A stretch of DNA of 62,332 nucleotides from Quinella sp. 1Q5 (lineage in GTDB: Bacteria; Bacillota; Negativicutes; Selenomonadales; Selenomonadaceae). A model generated the notes under the pieces. The model made no database searches, had not been told where the DNA came from, and worked only from the letters and a program-made list of their open reading frames with translations. This document shows, one piece after another, positions 36,661 to 46,448 of the stretch (position 1 is its first letter; every line of letters begins with the position of its first letter). The stretch is taken from the NCBI GenBank assembly GCA_014764605.1, contig JACXWG010000001.1, forward strand, positions 1 through 62,332, written 5' to 3'. The translations under genes were made by a program, and so were the position numbers.

Positions 36661-37110
36661 TTAAAACGGTGTGTCTTCAGGGTCAATGGGTTCGCCGCCG
36701 AAGTCGTCGTTATAATTATTTTTCTTAGGTGGAGCAGGCTGGCGACGTTCTTGATAGCTGTTGTCCGAAGGAGCGGAATTATTATCCTCGCCGCTATTGG
36801 CGCGTCTGCTGTCAGCGAATTCGATATTGTCGACGATTACATCAACGCCCGAACGCTTAGAGCCGTCTTTTCCTTCGTAGTTATAAGTTTGCAAACGCCC
36901 TTCAACGACGACGCGAACTCCTTTATTAAGATAGCGGGCGCAAAATTCGGCAGTCCTCTCCCACGCGATAAGATTAAAGAAGTCCGTGGTTTCTCCGTCT
37001 TTAAGGCGACGATGAACGGCGATACCCATTCTGGTAAAGGCCTTGCCGCTCTGCGTGTAACGAACTTCCGGGGCTTGGGTCAAATTGCCGCTAAGAAAAA
37101 CCTTATTCAT
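36661..37110 (-). CDS. ssb: Single-stranded DNA-binding protein
   Basis: MNKV.L.GNLT..PE.RYT..G OB fold. Gly/Pro/Asn-rich tail ending in the acidic EDTPF. Confidence 0.95.
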   Translation of the reverse strand: MNKVFLSGNLTQAPEVRYTQSGKAFTRMGIAVHRRLKDGETTDFFNLIAWERTAEFCARYLNKGVRVVVEGRLQTYNYEGKDGSKRSGVDVIVDNIEFADSRRANSGEDNNSAPSDNSYQERRQPAPPKKNNYNDDFGGEPIDPEDTPF

Positions 37111-37406
37111 TCTTTAACCTCTTTCTCGTCGGAACGAACGATCATGTGCTTAAGGATTTCGTCCGTGATTTTCATGACGCGATCACATTCGGCAACGCAC
37201 GCAGGCTCGCACGTCACATAGAACAGCACGTAGAAGCCTTCCTCTTGCTTTTTGATTTCGTAGGCAAGGCGACGCTTACCCCAGCGGTCTTCCTTCGTGA
37301 TTGTACCGCCGTTCGCCGCGATGAGCTTTGCAAACTTATCAATGACAGCGTCTGTTGCCTCTTCCTCCATTGAACGGATAATGAAGATAACTTCGTACTT
37401 CCTCAA
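37107..37406 (-). CDS. rpsF: 30S ribosomal protein S6
   Basis: (M)RKYEVIFIIR.....E...W G.R.LAY.I....G.Y. TTG start lies 6 nt after GGGAGGTG. The track's longer start is rejected. Confidence 0.93.
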   Translation of the reverse strand: MRKYEVIFIIRSMEEEATDAVIDKFAKLIAANGGTITKEDRWGKRRLAYEIKKQEEGFYVLFYVTCEPACVAECDRVMKITDEILKHMIVRSDEKEVKE

Positions 37407-37481
37407 CTTTTGCACCTCCCTTTGGTCTTCGGCTCGCTTGCTAACGAGCAGAGAGTTTATTAACATGCTTAACGGGGCGGA

Positions 37482-37510
37482 ATTATATCACCGAAGCTTT
37501 TTTTAAGCAA
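37482..37510 (-). promoter_or_regulatory. Sigma-70-like promoter of rpsF-ssb-rpsR
   Basis: TTGCTT, 17 nt, TATAAT with a TG extension (minus strand). The roughly 70-nt leader contains a GCTCGT/GCGAGC hairpin. Confidence 0.55.
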
Positions 37511-37542
37511 GCCTTGCGGAAAATTTATTGGCGTCTCGCCGC

Positions 37543-37571
37543 TTGTAAATAGAAATGAAGCGTGATAAAAT
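37543..37571 (+). promoter_or_regulatory. Possible promoter of mreB
   Basis: TTGTAA, 17 nt, TAAAAT with a TG extension. Confidence 0.4.
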
Positions 37572-37624
37572 CCTTGCGGTTTTTTAGGATTTTTTTTGCG
37601 CGTTGGCAGAAAGGAGTTTTCAAC

Positions 37625-38617
37625 TTGTTTTTTGGGATGTCAATGAGCGTCGGAATAGATTTGGGCACGGCAAATATTTTAGTCTATGTCAAGGGCAAAG
37701 GAATAGTTTTGCGTGAACCGTCGGTCGTCGCCGTAGACAAGGACACGGATAAAATTTTAGCGATAGGGCAAGAGGCGCGTGATATGATTGGACGCACGCC
37801 GGGCAATATCGTTGCCATTCGCCCGCTACGCGACGGAGTGATTGCCGATTACGAGATGACGGAATCAATGATTCGTCACTTCTTGGAAAAGGTCATAGGA
37901 CGTTCGTTCCTTTTCCGTCCAAAGGTTATGATATGCGTACCAACAGGCGTTAATGACGTGGAGAAACGCGCCGTGCAGGAGGCGGCTGAGCAGGCCGGAG
38001 CTAAACGGACGGAGCTTATCGAAGAACCAATAGCGGCGGCGTTGGGTGCGGGCATAGACATTTCCGAGCCAATGGGTTCGATGGTCGTTGATATAGGCGG
38101 CGGCACGTGCGATGTTGCGGTTATCTCTTTGGGCGGGATTGTCTGCAGCGAAAGTTTGCGTGTGGCGGGCGATAAATTTGACAGCGACATAGAATTTTAT
38201 ATCAAGAAGGAATATAGCCTGATGATTGGTGAGCGCACGGCGGAGAATATCAAAGTTCAAGTCGGTGCGGCGTATCCTAGTGCAAGGAAAGAAACTATGA
38301 GCGTGCGTGGACGTGACGTTATAAGCGGTTTGCCGAAGGTTATAAACGTCGAATCGGACGAGATAGCAGGAGCCTTGCATGATTCGGTTGAAAGTATCGT
38401 AACCTGCGTTAAGAATGTTTTGGAGCGGACGCCGCCTGAACTCGCCGCTGACATTATGGATCATGGAATCGTTCTGACGGGCGGAGGGGCAATGCTTTAC
38501 GGCTTGGCGGATTTGATTCGCAAGGAAACGAATATCCCCGCTATGCTCGCCGATGACCCGCTCTCTTGCGTGGCTATCGGCACGGGCAAAGCTCTTGAAT
38601 ACGGCAAAAAACTTTAA
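37625..38617 (+). CDS. mreB: Rod shape-determining protein MreB/Mbl
   Basis: GIDLGTANILVY, DGVIAD, VVDIGGGT and LTGGGA actin-fold motifs. TTG start lies 8 nt after AAAGGAG. Confidence 0.93.
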   Translation: MFFGMSMSVGIDLGTANILVYVKGKGIVLREPSVVAVDKDTDKILAIGQEARDMIGRTPGNIVAIRPLRDGVIADYEMTESMIRHFLEKVIGRSFLFRPKVMICVPTGVNDVEKRAVQEAAEQAGAKRTELIEEPIAAALGAGIDISEPMGSMVVDIGGGTCDVAVISLGGIVCSESLRVAGDKFDSDIEFYIKKEYSLMIGERTAENIKVQVGAAYPSARKETMSVRGRDVISGLPKVINVESDEIAGALHDSVESIVTCVKNVLERTPPELAADIMDHGIVLTGGGAMLYGLADLIRKETNIPAMLADDPLSCVAIGTGKALEYGKKL

Positions 38618-38630
38618 GGGAGTGAACTAC

Positions 38631-39489
38631 TTGAGAGTAAAAAATTTATTGGCGACCCTCTGCGCGGCGTGTTTGTTGCTAACGGGTTGCGGCGGTGAGC
38701 AACAGGCAAATCACGATAAGCCGAACAACAACTTTTCTTCCGCCGAACTTCAACTCGGAATGGTGACTCGCCTTAACACCGACGAAAAGAACATGAGTAG
38801 CGTCCTCGACCAGTTCGCGGAGAAAATCGGCGTCAAAGGCACAAAGCACTTGCCCAAGTTCTACGATAGCTTCAGTCTTATGCAGTTGGGGCTTGAGGCG
38901 GGCGAGATTGAGGCGATAAGCACTTACAACAGCGTAGCCAAATACGTCGTCGCGAACAATAACAAGCTGGAGATTGTCCCGAACGAGGCATTGAATAAAA
39001 TCACGGACTCCTTCTGCTTTGCCGTTCGCAAGGACGAGACCGAGCTTAGAGACGACCTAGACAAGGTTATCGACGACATGAAGGCTGACGGCGCACTTGA
39101 TAAGCTCATCAACGATTACATTACCAACGTCGACAAGGGGCAAGCTCCGCCGAAAGTCGATATTTCAAAGACTGACGGAGCACAGACGATTAAAGTTGGT
39201 GTGACGGGTGATTTGCCTCCGCTTGATTTGATTCTGCCCGATAACTCGCCTGCAGGATTCAATACCGCTATGCTTGCTGAAGTCGGTAAGCGGCTCGGAA
39301 AGAACGTTGAGATTGTCCAGATAGAGGGCGGCGGCTTTGAACTTCAAATTGATTGACGTTATTTTTTGGGTTATCGTGCCCTTAGGAGATGACCTGCCCA
39401 TTGACCTAGACAAGCCCGAAGGTCTCGAATTGAGCAAGCTTTACTTCAAGGATAATGTTGCCGTTATCAAACTCAAAGCTAATAAATAA
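38631..39489 (+). pseudogene. Amino-acid ABC substrate-binding lipoprotein, paralog 1, frameshifted
   Basis: Lipobox LLLTGC. Colinear with the two downstream paralogs up to about 39327. An 11-nt deletion between GCGGCG direct repeats then shifts the frame, giving a TGA at 39354-39356. The homologous C-terminus (IDVIFWVIVP...LYFKDNVAVIKLKANK*) continues in another frame to 39489. Confidence 0.75.
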
Positions 39490-39506
39490 ATTGGAGGTCT
39501 TAAAAA

Positions 39507-40382
39507 ATGAAACTCAAGAAGATTGCTAAGGTTCTGTTGTCCTGCTTGGTGGCGGGCGCGTTGTTCACGGGTTGCGGCGGCGGAGATAAGCCAGCTAATG
39601 ACAGCGGCGATAAACCGGCGGCTTCCACGGGCAATGTTAAGCTCGGCATGATTTCTCATCTCAACGTTACCGAACAGAAAATGGACGAGATTTTAAAGAT
39701 GGTCGAGGAAGAATCCAAAGTCCCGCTTACCAATTTCACAGTCACTTACTACGACAACTTAAAGCTCATGCAAATGGGTATCGAGTCGGGTAGCGTCGAC
39801 CAGATAAGCCTTTATACCAGCGTTGCAGATTACGTTATCGCCAACAACGACAAATACGAGAAAGTAAGCGACCTGACGCTGAAGAATCTTTCCGATACCT
39901 TCTGCTTCGCCGTGCGCAAAGACGACGCCGCCTTGAAAGCCGACCTCGACAAAGCTCTTGACGAGATGAAGGCTGACGGCTCTCTTGATAAGCTCGCTAA
40001 GGAATACATCACCGACGTTGATAAGGGAACGGCTCCGCCCGCGATTGAAATTCCCATGACCGAAGGCGCACAGACGATTAAAGTTGGTGTGACGGGCGAC
40101 CTTCCGCCGCTTGACTATGTGAGCGCGGACGGTAAAGCTGCTGGGTTCAATACCGCCCTGCTTGCAGAAGTCGCTAAACGTTCGGGCAAGAATATCGAAA
40201 TCGTAGACATTGACAGCGGCGCACGTGCGGCGGCTTTGAGTTCCGGGCAAATCGACGTTATCTTCTGGGTTGTCGTTCCGACCGCAGGTAAGGTTCGCGC
40301 CGACATTGACAAGCCCGAAGGCGTCGAGCTCAGCAATCCTTACTTCAAAGACAATGTTGAGCATCTCAAGCTTAAAAAATAA
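39507..40382 (+). CDS. Amino-acid ABC substrate-binding lipoprotein, paralog 2 (apparently circularly permuted PBP type II)
   Basis: Lipobox LFTGC. Motif order is reversed relative to GlnH-like proteins (see findings). Confidence 0.85.
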   Translation: MKLKKIAKVLLSCLVAGALFTGCGGGDKPANDSGDKPAASTGNVKLGMISHLNVTEQKMDEILKMVEEESKVPLTNFTVTYYDNLKLMQMGIESGSVDQISLYTSVADYVIANNDKYEKVSDLTLKNLSDTFCFAVRKDDAALKADLDKALDEMKADGSLDKLAKEYITDVDKGTAPPAIEIPMTEGAQTIKVGVTGDLPPLDYVSADGKAAGFNTALLAEVAKRSGKNIEIVDIDSGARAAALSSGQIDVIFWVVVPTAGKVRADIDKPEGVELSNPYFKDNVEHLKLKK

Positions 40383-40391
40383 GGTGACACT

Positions 40392-41246
40392 ATGAAAAAA
40401 GTTTTTACGTTACTAATGCTGATAACGCTATTGATGACAGGTTGCGGCGGCTCTCAAGGAAACGACGCTAAGAAAGATTCCGACACAGGCAAGATTAAGA
40501 TTGGTATGATAACTCGTCTGAACGCAAGCGAAGAAAGCTTCGGCGAATTCATGAAGAAGGTTGAGGATACCCTAGACGTCAAGATTTCTTCGCACGTGCC
40601 AGTTTTCTTCGACAACCTAAACGCAATGCAGATGGCATTGCAGACAAAGCAAATCGACGAGATAAGCACTTATCGAAGCGTGGCGCGTTACATGATTGCT
40701 AAGGACAAACGCTACCAGGTGCTAAAGGATCATTCGCTGGAGTTCATTGATTCGTTCTGCTTTGCCTTGCGCGACGACGAGACCGAGCTTAGAGACTCTT
40801 TGAACAAGGTTATTAAGGAAATGCAATCGGATGGTACACTTGACCGCTTGACAAAAGAATACATAACGGACATTAACGCCGAGACTGACCCGCCCGCAGT
40901 GGATTTGCCGCACTTCGACAGCGCACAGACGATTAAAGTTGCCGTGACGGGTGACCTGCCGCCTTTGGACTTCGTGAGCACGGAAGGTAAGCCAGAAGGT
41001 TTTAATACGGCTGTCCTCGCGGAGATTGGCAAACGCATGTTAAAGAATATTGAGCTTGTCAAAATCGACAGCGGCGCACGTGCGGCGGCTTTGACTTCTG
41101 GACAAGTCGACGTTGTTTTTTGGGCGATTGTTCCTGTCAGCGAGATTATCCCGACCGACAGCGACAAGCCTAACGGCGTCATTTTGACGGAGCCTTACTT
41201 CAAGGATAAGATTGTTCACATGACTTTTAAAGACGAAGAGAAATAA
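40392..41246 (+). CDS. Amino-acid ABC substrate-binding lipoprotein, paralog 3
   Basis: Lipobox LMTGC. Colinear with paralog 2. Confidence 0.85.
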   Translation: MKKVFTLLMLITLLMTGCGGSQGNDAKKDSDTGKIKIGMITRLNASEESFGEFMKKVEDTLDVKISSHVPVFFDNLNAMQMALQTKQIDEISTYRSVARYMIAKDKRYQVLKDHSLEFIDSFCFALRDDETELRDSLNKVIKEMQSDGTLDRLTKEYITDINAETDPPAVDLPHFDSAQTIKVAVTGDLPPLDFVSTEGKPEGFNTAVLAEIGKRMLKNIELVKIDSGARAAALTSGQVDVVFWAIVPVSEIIPTDSDKPNGVILTEPYFKDKIVHMTFKDEEK

Positions 41247-41250
41247 TCTA

Positions 41251-41913
41251 ATGGAGTTCGTAGATTTACTTTATAAAATCTTTCTAAAGGACGGCGGCTG
41301 GCTGACAATCCTAAACGGGCTGTGGGTGACGGTGCAAATCTCTACGCTGTCGCTCCTGCTCGGAACGATACTCGGCTCGTTGCTGTGTTTTTTTCGTCTA
41401 GGGAAGATAAAGCCGCTTAAAATCGCCGCACAAGTTTACATCTCGATAATCCGCGGCTCGCCCGTGCTTATGCTACTAATGCTCCTGTTCTATGGCGTGT
41501 TCGCTCGGCAAGGCTTAAGTCCAATCCTCGTGGCGGTGATAACTTTTTCAATGCACACGGCAGCGCACGTCGCGGAGCTTTTGCGTTCAGCGTTAATGGC
41601 TTTGGATAAGGGGCAAGTGGAAGCGGCTCGGACTTTGGGTTTTTCTAAGTGGCAAGCCTTTAAGCTCGTGACCTTCCCGCAACTCGTGCGCATCGCCAAG
41701 CCCGTCTATCAATCGACAATCGTTAATCTAATTCAGTGGACAAGCGTCGTCGGCTACGTCACGATAACTGACCTAACACGCGTCATCAATAACATTGCCT
41801 CGCGCACGATGCAACCTATGATTACGATTATTGGCGGCATGATTATTTATCTCGCGCTCTCGTATCTCGTCTACGGAATCTTCCATTGGACTAACAGGAG
41901 GCGGACGCAATGA
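41251..41913 (+). CDS. Amino-acid ABC transporter permease (HisM/GlnP family)
   Basis: EAA loop [21 protein letters not shown]. Five TM segments. Confidence 0.9.
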   Translation: MEFVDLLYKIFLKDGGWLTILNGLWVTVQISTLSLLLGTILGSLLCFFRLGKIKPLKIAAQVYISIIRGSPVLMLLMLLFYGVFARQGLSPILVAVITFSMHTAAHVAELLRSALMALDKGQVEAARTLGFSKWQAFKLVTFPQLVRIAKPVYQSTIVNLIQWTSVVGYVTITDLTRVINNIASRTMQPMITIIGGMIIYLALSYLVYGIFHWTNRRRTQ

Positions 41914-43019
41914 GCATTATTGAAGTTCGCGGCTTGAAAATTTCCTTCGGGGCTTTGGAAGTCTTGCGCGGCATTGATTTGACTGTCGAGGCGGGCGAAC
42001 GCATTACGATTATAGGCGGCTCTGGTTGCGGCAAAAGTGTCTTTCTGCGTTGCTTGGAACTTCTGGAGACTCCCGATGCTGGGCAAATCTTTATCGACGG
42101 CGAAGAACTCACTGCCCCCAACGTCAACATTGATTTGATTCGTCGCAAGATGGGTATGGTCTGGCAAAGGTTTAATCTCTTTACGCATATGAACGTAATG
42201 GAAAATTTGACTGTCGCCCCGATTAAACTTCTCGGCATGACTAAGGACGAGGCTCGGCAAAAAGCATTAGATTTGCTCGGTCAAGTTGGTTTGACTTCAA
42301 AGGCGGACTCTTATCCCGAATTCCTCTCCGGCGGTCAACAACAGCGTATTGCAATCTGTCGTTGCCTCATGATGAATCCGAAGGTAATTCTCTTCGACGA
42401 ACCAACTAGCGCACTCGACCCGACGATGGTTGGCGAAGTCCTTGCCGTTATCCGTATGCTCGCCAAACGCGATTTGACTATGCTAATCGTAACGCACGAG
42501 ATGAATTTTGCCCGCCAAGTCTCTGACAGGATTTTATTTTTCGCCGACGGTGTGATTTATGAGCAGGGCACGCCTAAAGAAATTTTCGACGCACCTAAAC
42601 TACCAAAGACCGTTGCCTTTATTCACAAGCAAAAATATTTCAGCTACGAAATTGCCGAACGCGACTTTGACTTAATGGAGTTGCAGGGCGGCATTCAATC
42701 GTTCGCGGAAAAGTATGGGCTTTCGGCTCGCCGAACTAATCGTATCCAGCTTTGTTGCGAAGAATTGATTTATGAGATGCTCTCCAATGCTTGCGAAGGC
42801 GACGACGTTAAAATTTCGCTCGACGTGACTTATGCCGAGGTTGATAACAGCGTCGCCATAGAATTTTCTTCTGCGGGCAAGGCGTACAATCCCTTAGATA
42901 AAAATTTCGACGAACTCGACGAAGAACATCTTGGCGCGACTATCTTAAATAACCTCGCGAAAAATTATTCTCACCAATACGACGGCGGCATTAACAAGAT
43001 AAGTTTCAGCTTGGCATAA
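41910..43019 (+). CDS. Amino-acid ABC transporter ATP-binding protein with a roughly 125-aa C-terminal extension
   Basis: [35 protein letters not shown] (GlnQ type), followed by an extra domain after about residue 243. Confidence 0.9.
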   Translation: MSIIEVRGLKISFGALEVLRGIDLTVEAGERITIIGGSGCGKSVFLRCLELLETPDAGQIFIDGEELTAPNVNIDLIRRKMGMVWQRFNLFTHMNVMENLTVAPIKLLGMTKDEARQKALDLLGQVGLTSKADSYPEFLSGGQQQRIAICRCLMMNPKVILFDEPTSALDPTMVGEVLAVIRMLAKRDLTMLIVTHEMNFARQVSDRILFFADGVIYEQGTPKEIFDAPKLPKTVAFIHKQKYFSYEIAERDFDLMELQGGIQSFAEKYGLSARRTNRIQLCCEELIYEMLSNACEGDDVKISLDVTYAEVDNSVAIEFSSAGKAYNPLDKNFDELDEEHLGATILNNLAKNYSHQYDGGINKISFSLA

Positions 43020-43021
43020 AG

Positions 43022-43052
43022 AAAACCCCCTCCAAAGCGGAAGGGGTTTTTT
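43022..43052. terminator. Bidirectional intrinsic terminator
   Basis: AAAACCCCCTCC aaagc GGAAGGGGTTTTTT. Confidence 0.7.
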
Positions 43053-43069
43053 GTTGTCGAAAATTATTC

Positions 43070-44614
43070 TTAGAACTCGTACCAGTCAAGCGATTTGATT
43101 ACGAGAGGTTTGCCTTCAAGCGGAATGAAGACGATATTTTGCGATTCTTCCTGCGGATAGACACGAGTCGACATGACTTCCGCACCGTCGTTGATGAAGA
43201 TTTCAATCGCGGACTTGTCGAGGAAGATACGGAACTTGAGAACGTCGCCGAAAGGTTGCAATATAACTTTGCGAATGCCCTTGCCGCCCTCAATCGTCAT
43301 ATCGCGGTTGAGCTCAAGGACAGGTTTGCCGTCTTCGGGATAGTACCTGACAAGAGTCTTTTCTTTGTCGCTACTGAAGAGTTCAAAGTCGAAGTTACCC
43401 GATTCTTTAACGTCAACCTCAAAGAGCAATTCGCCGCAGGTACCTTTAACGCCGGCAAGTTTAGCCGACGAAATTGCTTTATCAAGCGTGAGATCTTTAT
43501 AATGAACGCCTTCGCCGCGCATGGCTTCGAGTTCTTTGGGCGGAACGGTATAAACTTTGCCGTCCCTGAATTGAAGCTCACGCGGAATAGTCAGCATAGT
43601 TGCCCAACCGTCAGCCTGTTCTGGGAAAGGACTTTGCCACGCAGCCATCCACGCAATAATGAAGTAACGCCCTTCGGGATTCTTCATCATGGTTGTTGCG
43701 TAGAAGTCGAAGCCGTGATCGAACGTGAAGAATTCGCCGTGATCGTAAATGCCCGTTTCGTAATTGAGCTTGCCGATCATGTAGCCAGCTTGGTGAATGT
43801 TGTGGAACATGTAGCCTTTAGGCGGAACGTGTTGCGGGGAAATGATCATAACGTATGTATCGCCGAAATGCGCAAAGCCTGGGCATTCCCACATCGTGCC
43901 TTCGGAGTAATCCGGCTTAGAAATGGCAGCGACGGATTTAAATTTCCAGTCAAAGAAGTTTTCGGACTCGTACAAAACTATTTGCGTGCGGGAGCGGTCA
44001 TGTATTCTGTTACCAATCGCGCAGTAGTATTTGCCGTTGTGATCCCAAATCTTTGGATCGCGGAAGTCAACGTTAGCAACAATCGGGTCGCTGTTAGGAA
44101 CGTCAATTACCGGATTTCCTTCATACTTTGTGAAGTTGATACCGTCTTCGGAATAAGCAAAGCACTGACGCTCGGTGACATTGCCGCCGCCCGAACTGCC
44201 CGAAGGATTATGCCCTGAAGGATTCTCTGCGGACGAATTGACGCCGCCCGGCCCGTTGAACCTTTGCGACGTGTACATAAGCCAGAGCTTGCCTTCAAAC
44301 TCATAACCGCAACCGCTGAAGCAACCGTCCCAATCGTACCATTCATGCCCTTCAGAAAATGCGCCGGGCGTAATGGCAATCGGCTGATGTTCCCAGTGGC
44401 AGAGATCCTTACTCGTGGAATGCCCCCAGTGCATGGGTCCCCAGTTCACGGAATACGGATGATACTGATAGAAAATGTGATACTCGCCCTTGTAGTACGA
44501 GAAGCCGTTCGGGTCGTTGAGCCAACCAACCGGCGGTGCGACATGATACTTGGGATACCACTTGGACTCTTGAACTTTTTTTGCTTGTTCGGGGTCTAAT
44601 CTTTTGTCTAACAT
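43070..44614 (-). CDS. Glycoside hydrolase family 32 (sucrose-6-phosphate hydrolase / beta-fructofuranosidase)
   Basis: WLNDPNG nucleophile block, FRDPK, WECP. Confidence 0.92.
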   Translation of the reverse strand: MLDKRLDPEQAKKVQESKWYPKYHVAPPVGWLNDPNGFSYYKGEYHIFYQYHPYSVNWGPMHWGHSTSKDLCHWEHQPIAITPGAFSEGHEWYDWDGCFSGCGYEFEGKLWLMYTSQRFNGPGGVNSSAENPSGHNPSGSSGGGNVTERQCFAYSEDGINFTKYEGNPVIDVPNSDPIVANVDFRDPKIWDHNGKYYCAIGNRIHDRSRTQIVLYESENFFDWKFKSVAAISKPDYSEGTMWECPGFAHFGDTYVMIISPQHVPPKGYMFHNIHQAGYMIGKLNYETGIYDHGEFFTFDHGFDFYATTMMKNPEGRYFIIAWMAAWQSPFPEQADGWATMLTIPRELQFRDGKVYTVPPKELEAMRGEGVHYKDLTLDKAISSAKLAGVKGTCGELLFEVDVKESGNFDFELFSSDKEKTLVRYYPEDGKPVLELNRDMTIEGGKGIRKVILQPFGDVLKFRIFLDKSAIEIFINDGAEVMSTRVYPQEESQNIVFIPLEGKPLVIKSLDWYEF

Positions 44615-44636
44615 TATTTACCCACCTCCGCCGCTG

Positions 44637-44665
44637 ATTTTAAGTTAGAATAGCCTTAAAGTCAA
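44637..44665 (-). promoter_or_regulatory. Possible promoter of the GH32 gene
   Basis: TTGACT, 17 nt, TAAAAT on the minus strand. Confidence 0.45.
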
Positions 44666-44675
44666 CGGAAATCCT

Positions 44676-44704
44676 TTGGCAAATCTAAAAAATTTTGGTA
44701 CAAT
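44676..44704 (+). promoter_or_regulatory. Sigma-70-like promoter of the DUF4127-like gene
   Basis: TTGGCA, 17 nt, TACAAT with a TG extension. Confidence 0.5.
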
Positions 44705-44733
44705 GCGGGAAAAAATTATAGGAGGAGAAAACA

Positions 44734-46311
44734 TTGAGGCGAACACTTTTTTTATTGCTGACGTTGGTGATAATGATGATGACTTCGACGGCATTGGCGC
44801 AAGGCAAAAGGATTCTGTACGTGCCGATAGACGACCGCCCGTGCAATTTATATCAAGTGGTGCAGGTGGCTGAGAAGCTCGGCTACGAACTGTTGACGCC
44901 GCCTACTGAACTTTTAGGACGCAACACCCACACGGGCGACCCCGATAAGCTTTGGGCGTGGCTGGAAGAGACTGCCCCGCAAGCAGACTTCGCCGCAATC
45001 TCGACGGACGCAATGCTTTATGGTAGTCTCGTTGATTCGCGTATGCATGATTATACGGCGGAGGAAATTTTGGAGCGGGCTAAACGATTTAAGACCTTCC
45101 ATGAAAAGTTTCCTTATCTGCCGCTTTACGCGATTGGAACTGTCATGCGCACGCCGCGTTCAGGAAGTCATGCTAGCGCGGAGCCTGAATACTACTACAC
45201 ATATGGCGCGAAGATTTTCCAATACACGGCACTGCTTGATAAAAAAGAGATGGGAAAAACTAAAGGTAACGACGAGCGGACGTTAAAGAAGTTAGCGGCA
45301 GACATTCCCAAAGAGTATCTTGACGATTGGTTTGCTCGCCGAGCGAAGAACTCCGACGCCAATAAATATCTGATTGACTTGACGCGGGAAGGTGTCTTCG
45401 ATTACTTCTTGTTGGGTTGTGACGATAGCGCGATGTTTAGTCAAACGCACAAGGAGAGCCGTTACCTAACCGAACTTGCAAGCGATATGGGCAAAACGGT
45501 TATTCAAGTCAATGGCGGCGTAGATGAAATGGGCATGTTGATGATTTCCCGCGCCATTAATCGTGACCTTGACTATAGACCGTTCGTTAGCATCATGTAC
45601 AACGACGGCAAGGGCGCGGCAACTTTTCCCGCTTACAGCAACGAGCCGATTGGCATTTCGATTGAGGCGGCGATTATCGCGGCGGGCGGCATGAGGATTC
45701 CCGCTCCCGAACGCGCCGATTTGATTTTAGCCGTCAACACTCGTAGCAATGGCAAGACCTTCGAGGCTAATAACGTTAAGAAGAACAAGCTTCGACTCCG
45801 CGACGACGTGAAGACTTTCCTTAAGCCCGTCAAAAGTTTCCTTGAGGCAGGCTACCCCGTGGCAATCGCTGATATATCGTTCAGCAACGGCGCGGACAAT
45901 TCACTTATGAATCAGCTTAAGAAAAACGATTTACAGTATAAGCTTCGGGCTTACGGCGGCTGGAACACCGCGACGAACTCAAGCGGCTTTTTAATCGGTG
46001 CGAGTGTCTTAGCTAAGTTCATGGACGAGCGGGACATTGCCGAGCTTTTGACGACGCGTTACCTTGACGAGTGGGCTTATCAAGCGAATGTCCGCCAAGA
46101 GATTATCGCCGAGTGTTACCGCTTAGGCATTGACCCGTACAAGATTGGCGACTCAACCGCGCAGATGAGTGCTTTGACGACGGAGAAGATTAAAGCCTTC
46201 GCCGCCGCTAACTTGATTCTACCGCGTGGCTTGCGTCTGGAAGATTTAAAAGTTTCTCTGCCGTGGCATCGTGTCTTTGAATGCGACCCGCGCTTTAAAC
46301 TAGTCGATTAA
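44734..46311 (+). CDS. DUF4127-like secreted protein
   Basis: Signal peptide, then ILYVPIDDRPCN..., which is characteristic of DUF4127 as I recall it. TTG start follows GGAGGAG. Confidence 0.65.
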   Translation: MRRTLFLLLTLVIMMMTSTALAQGKRILYVPIDDRPCNLYQVVQVAEKLGYELLTPPTELLGRNTHTGDPDKLWAWLEETAPQADFAAISTDAMLYGSLVDSRMHDYTAEEILERAKRFKTFHEKFPYLPLYAIGTVMRTPRSGSHASAEPEYYYTYGAKIFQYTALLDKKEMGKTKGNDERTLKKLAADIPKEYLDDWFARRAKNSDANKYLIDLTREGVFDYFLLGCDDSAMFSQTHKESRYLTELASDMGKTVIQVNGGVDEMGMLMISRAINRDLDYRPFVSIMYNDGKGAATFPAYSNEPIGISIEAAIIAAGGMRIPAPERADLILAVNTRSNGKTFEANNVKKNKLRLRDDVKTFLKPVKSFLEAGYPVAIADISFSNGADNSLMNQLKKNDLQYKLRAYGGWNTATNSSGFLIGASVLAKFMDERDIAELLTTRYLDEWAYQANVRQEIIAECYRLGIDPYKIGDSTAQMSALTTEKIKAFAAANLILPRGLRLEDLKVSLPWHRVFECDPRFKLVD

Positions 46312-46448
46312 ACCTTCCATAACGATTAATAGAGGTGAGGCAATTCAAGGATTGGACATACGAGCAATAAAGTAGTAGGATATTAGAAAGTTAAATGAAG
46401 CAGTTATCGAACAGTAAGTAAGTTGATAGTCCACTGGAGGTGATTAAA

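Noticed and set aside
37407-37481. rpsF leader hairpin as an S6:S18 autoregulatory element.
   Set aside because: It is plausible from position (a GCTCGT/GCGAGC hairpin between the promoter and the RBS). I cannot verify the conserved motif from memory, so I did not call it as a feature.
43139-44218. 359-aa plus-strand ORF, and similar long antisense ORFs (7040..7678, 34310..35020, 36478..37221, 37865..38464, 53928..54704, 55885..56892, 11708..12307).
   Set aside because: Each lies fully inside a confidently identified gene on the opposite strand (GH32, prfA, the 3D-domain gene, ssb/rpsR, mreB, pgi, pgm, SGNH hydrolase). They have biased, low-complexity translations and lack an RBS.
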